A DNA stretch of 64,000 bases from a virus, in IMG/VR virus record IMGVR_UViG_3300017593_000751, positions 1 through 64,000 of that record; one strand, given 5' to 3'. This document shows positions 62,725 to 64,000 of this stretch, one piece after another (position 1 is the first letter of the stretch; every line of letters starts with the position of its first letter). Under the pieces are notes generated by a model. The model did not search any database. It was not told where the DNA came from and saw only the letters and a list, made by a program, of their open reading frames with translations. The translations under genes and the position numbers were made by a program.

Positions 62725-64000
62725 CTACTCCACCACTACGGGTTGGCCAATCTTTTCGTGAATCATCTTGAGCAACTTGTTGGTAATTTTCAGCTCCTTT
62801 ACTTCCGGCGATAGGGCGGCGGACTGGAGCCTCCGCCACAGGTCCGCCATGCCCATCCACCGCCCGCCTCGTGGGCTGAATCCCTTCATTATCTCTTGAA
62901 GCCGGGCCTCGAAGTACTCTTTCTCCACTCCGGTCATCCGGCCTACGTTGGTTATCTCTCGCAGCAGACGCCGCAAGGCGGCCGCCCTGCCTCCATATCT
63001 CGACCGGTAGATAACATCCATCATGCTGTCCAAGCGACGGCGGCGTTCTTGGAAACCCTCCATTTCAATCCTGTTCCGCTCAGCGGCGAGCCGCTCGGCC
63101 TTTTCTTTCATCCTCCTATTGAACTCGTCCTCCGCCTTGAGTCGTTGTTCATTTGCCCAGTCATAGATTTTGACCACATCCAAACCATACTTCTCGGCCA
63201 CTTCCAACATCTGGTCCCGCCATTGTTCAATTCGCAACAGGGCCTTTTCCAAATCGGTCCCCGCGAACCCGACAAACATTTCGGTTAGTATCCCCTCTCC
63301 TTTCCGCTCCATCCTTTTCTTCTTCCGCCACTTCTCCAACATGGCGTCCACTTCCGCCATTAACTTGGCCGTGGGAGAGAGCTTTCCTTTCGCCGTCCTC
63401 CGCCCGGCGATAATCTTGTCGTGGGCTTCGTAGAACCTCGCAATTGCTTCTTCTTCTCTCTTCTTGGCTTCTGTGTGCTGTCCCCACAATTTGAAAGCTT
63501 CTTCTATCGCCTCAGACAGCGACATCATACCAGGCACTTTGGCCATTTTGGCCAATCGAGTCGTCAACTCGGTAACAAGAAGAATCAGGGACACGACCAG
63601 CCCTTTGATGGAGCCGAGAATGACGAGAAGGCCCTTGAGGCCCTTTATCGCAGGTCGCAGAGCGGCCAATGCGGCTGTTAGCGCCGTAAAGGCCACGGCC
63701 CCTTTCTGCACAACGCTGGGCATTCCTTTCAACGTTCCCGTCAAATTGGAAAGCCAGTCCACCGCTTCTTTCAAGGCCGGTAAAAGGGCCTCCCCCAATT
63801 GAACCCCCAAGTCCTTGAACGCCTGCTTCAATTGATTCAACCGAAAAGCGAACGTTTTCGTGGTCTTGGCATAAGCCTCTTGAGACATCCCCGCGGCACT
63901 GGAAATCAGGGCCACATCCCTATAATAACCACTTAGGTCTTTAAGTGCGGCGGCCACACCTTTCAATCCGCGGATGTTGGGGAACAAAGCCGCCACCTGC
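62725..64000 (-). CDS. tail tape measure protein (3' part)
   Basis: ALFPNIRGLKG..AGMSQEAYAK...LGEALLPAL; long helical ORF running off window. Confidence 0.85.
   Translation of the reverse strand, partial: QVAALFPNIRGLKGVAAALKDLSGYYRDVALISSAAGMSQEAYAKTTKTFAFRLNQLKQAFKDLGVQLGEALLPALKEAVDWLSNLTGTLKGMPSVVQKGAVAFTALTAALAALRPAIKGLKGLLVILGSIKGLVVSLILLVTELTTRLAKMAKVPGMMSLSEAIEEAFKLWGQHTEAKKREEEAIARFYEAHDKIIAGRRTAKGKLSPTAKLMAEVDAMLEKWRKKKRMERKGEGILTEMFVGFAGTDLEKALLRIEQWRDQMLEVAEKYGLDVVKIYDWANEQRLKAEDEFNRRMKEKAERLAAERNRIEMEGFQERRRRLDSMMDVIYRSRYGGRAAALRRLLREITNVGRMTGVEKEYFEARLQEIMKGFSPRGGRWMGMADLWRRLQSAALSPEVKELKITNKLLKMIHEKIGQPVVVE

Noticed and set aside
1-64000. CRISPR array, canonical tRNA/rRNA, integrase, transposase, reverse transcriptase/DGR
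   Set aside because: I saw no repeat-spacer array, no TTC-loop cloverleaf and no motifs for these enzymes by eye.

Overview
This window is most of a GC-rich tailed dsDNA phage genome, apparently circularly permuted. The left minus-strand arm (1-21 kb) carries an XkdF-like prohead protease, a MuF/SPP1-gp7 head protein with a mini-intein, portal, holin and TerL with a Met-starting class-3-type intein. It continues with about 10 kb of small accessory genes (DnaN clamp, metallopeptidase, dockerin-like protein, DUF1508 pair, lysozyme-like protein) and a probable TerS. An iteron-like, AT-rich origin candidate lies at the strand switch (21.2-21.6 kb). The plus-strand arm (21.7-60.3 kb) holds early genes behind repeated sigma70-type promoters and a replication/recombination set (second clamp, UDG-PolA fusion, DnaX, SSB, UvsY-like, RecA, HNH, MazG, split SbcC around SbcD, primase, DnaB, SNF2). 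It also has a 13-gene glycosyltransferase/deacetylase/APS-kinase/sulfotransferase/methyltransferase cassette and a sigma-like gene. The right end has Cys-rich tail genes and the 3' part of the tape measure gene; capsid and tail-tube genes and any integrase are not in the window. The most unusual region is 35.2-38.2 kb. It contains a perfect 19-unit GGY-NN array (VIPR-guide-like, with no recognisable effector) and four related cloverleaf-like structured elements with NNGGGGWAN loops, interleaved with paralogous small alpha/beta proteins and an RGG-rich peptide. Also notable are two hairpins whose loops are 12-nt perfect complements of early-gene RBSs, and a 96-bp hairpin repeated in inverted orientation around the plus arm. 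A Planctomycetota-like host is only an inference. All protein calls come from motif recognition by eye; no searches were run.
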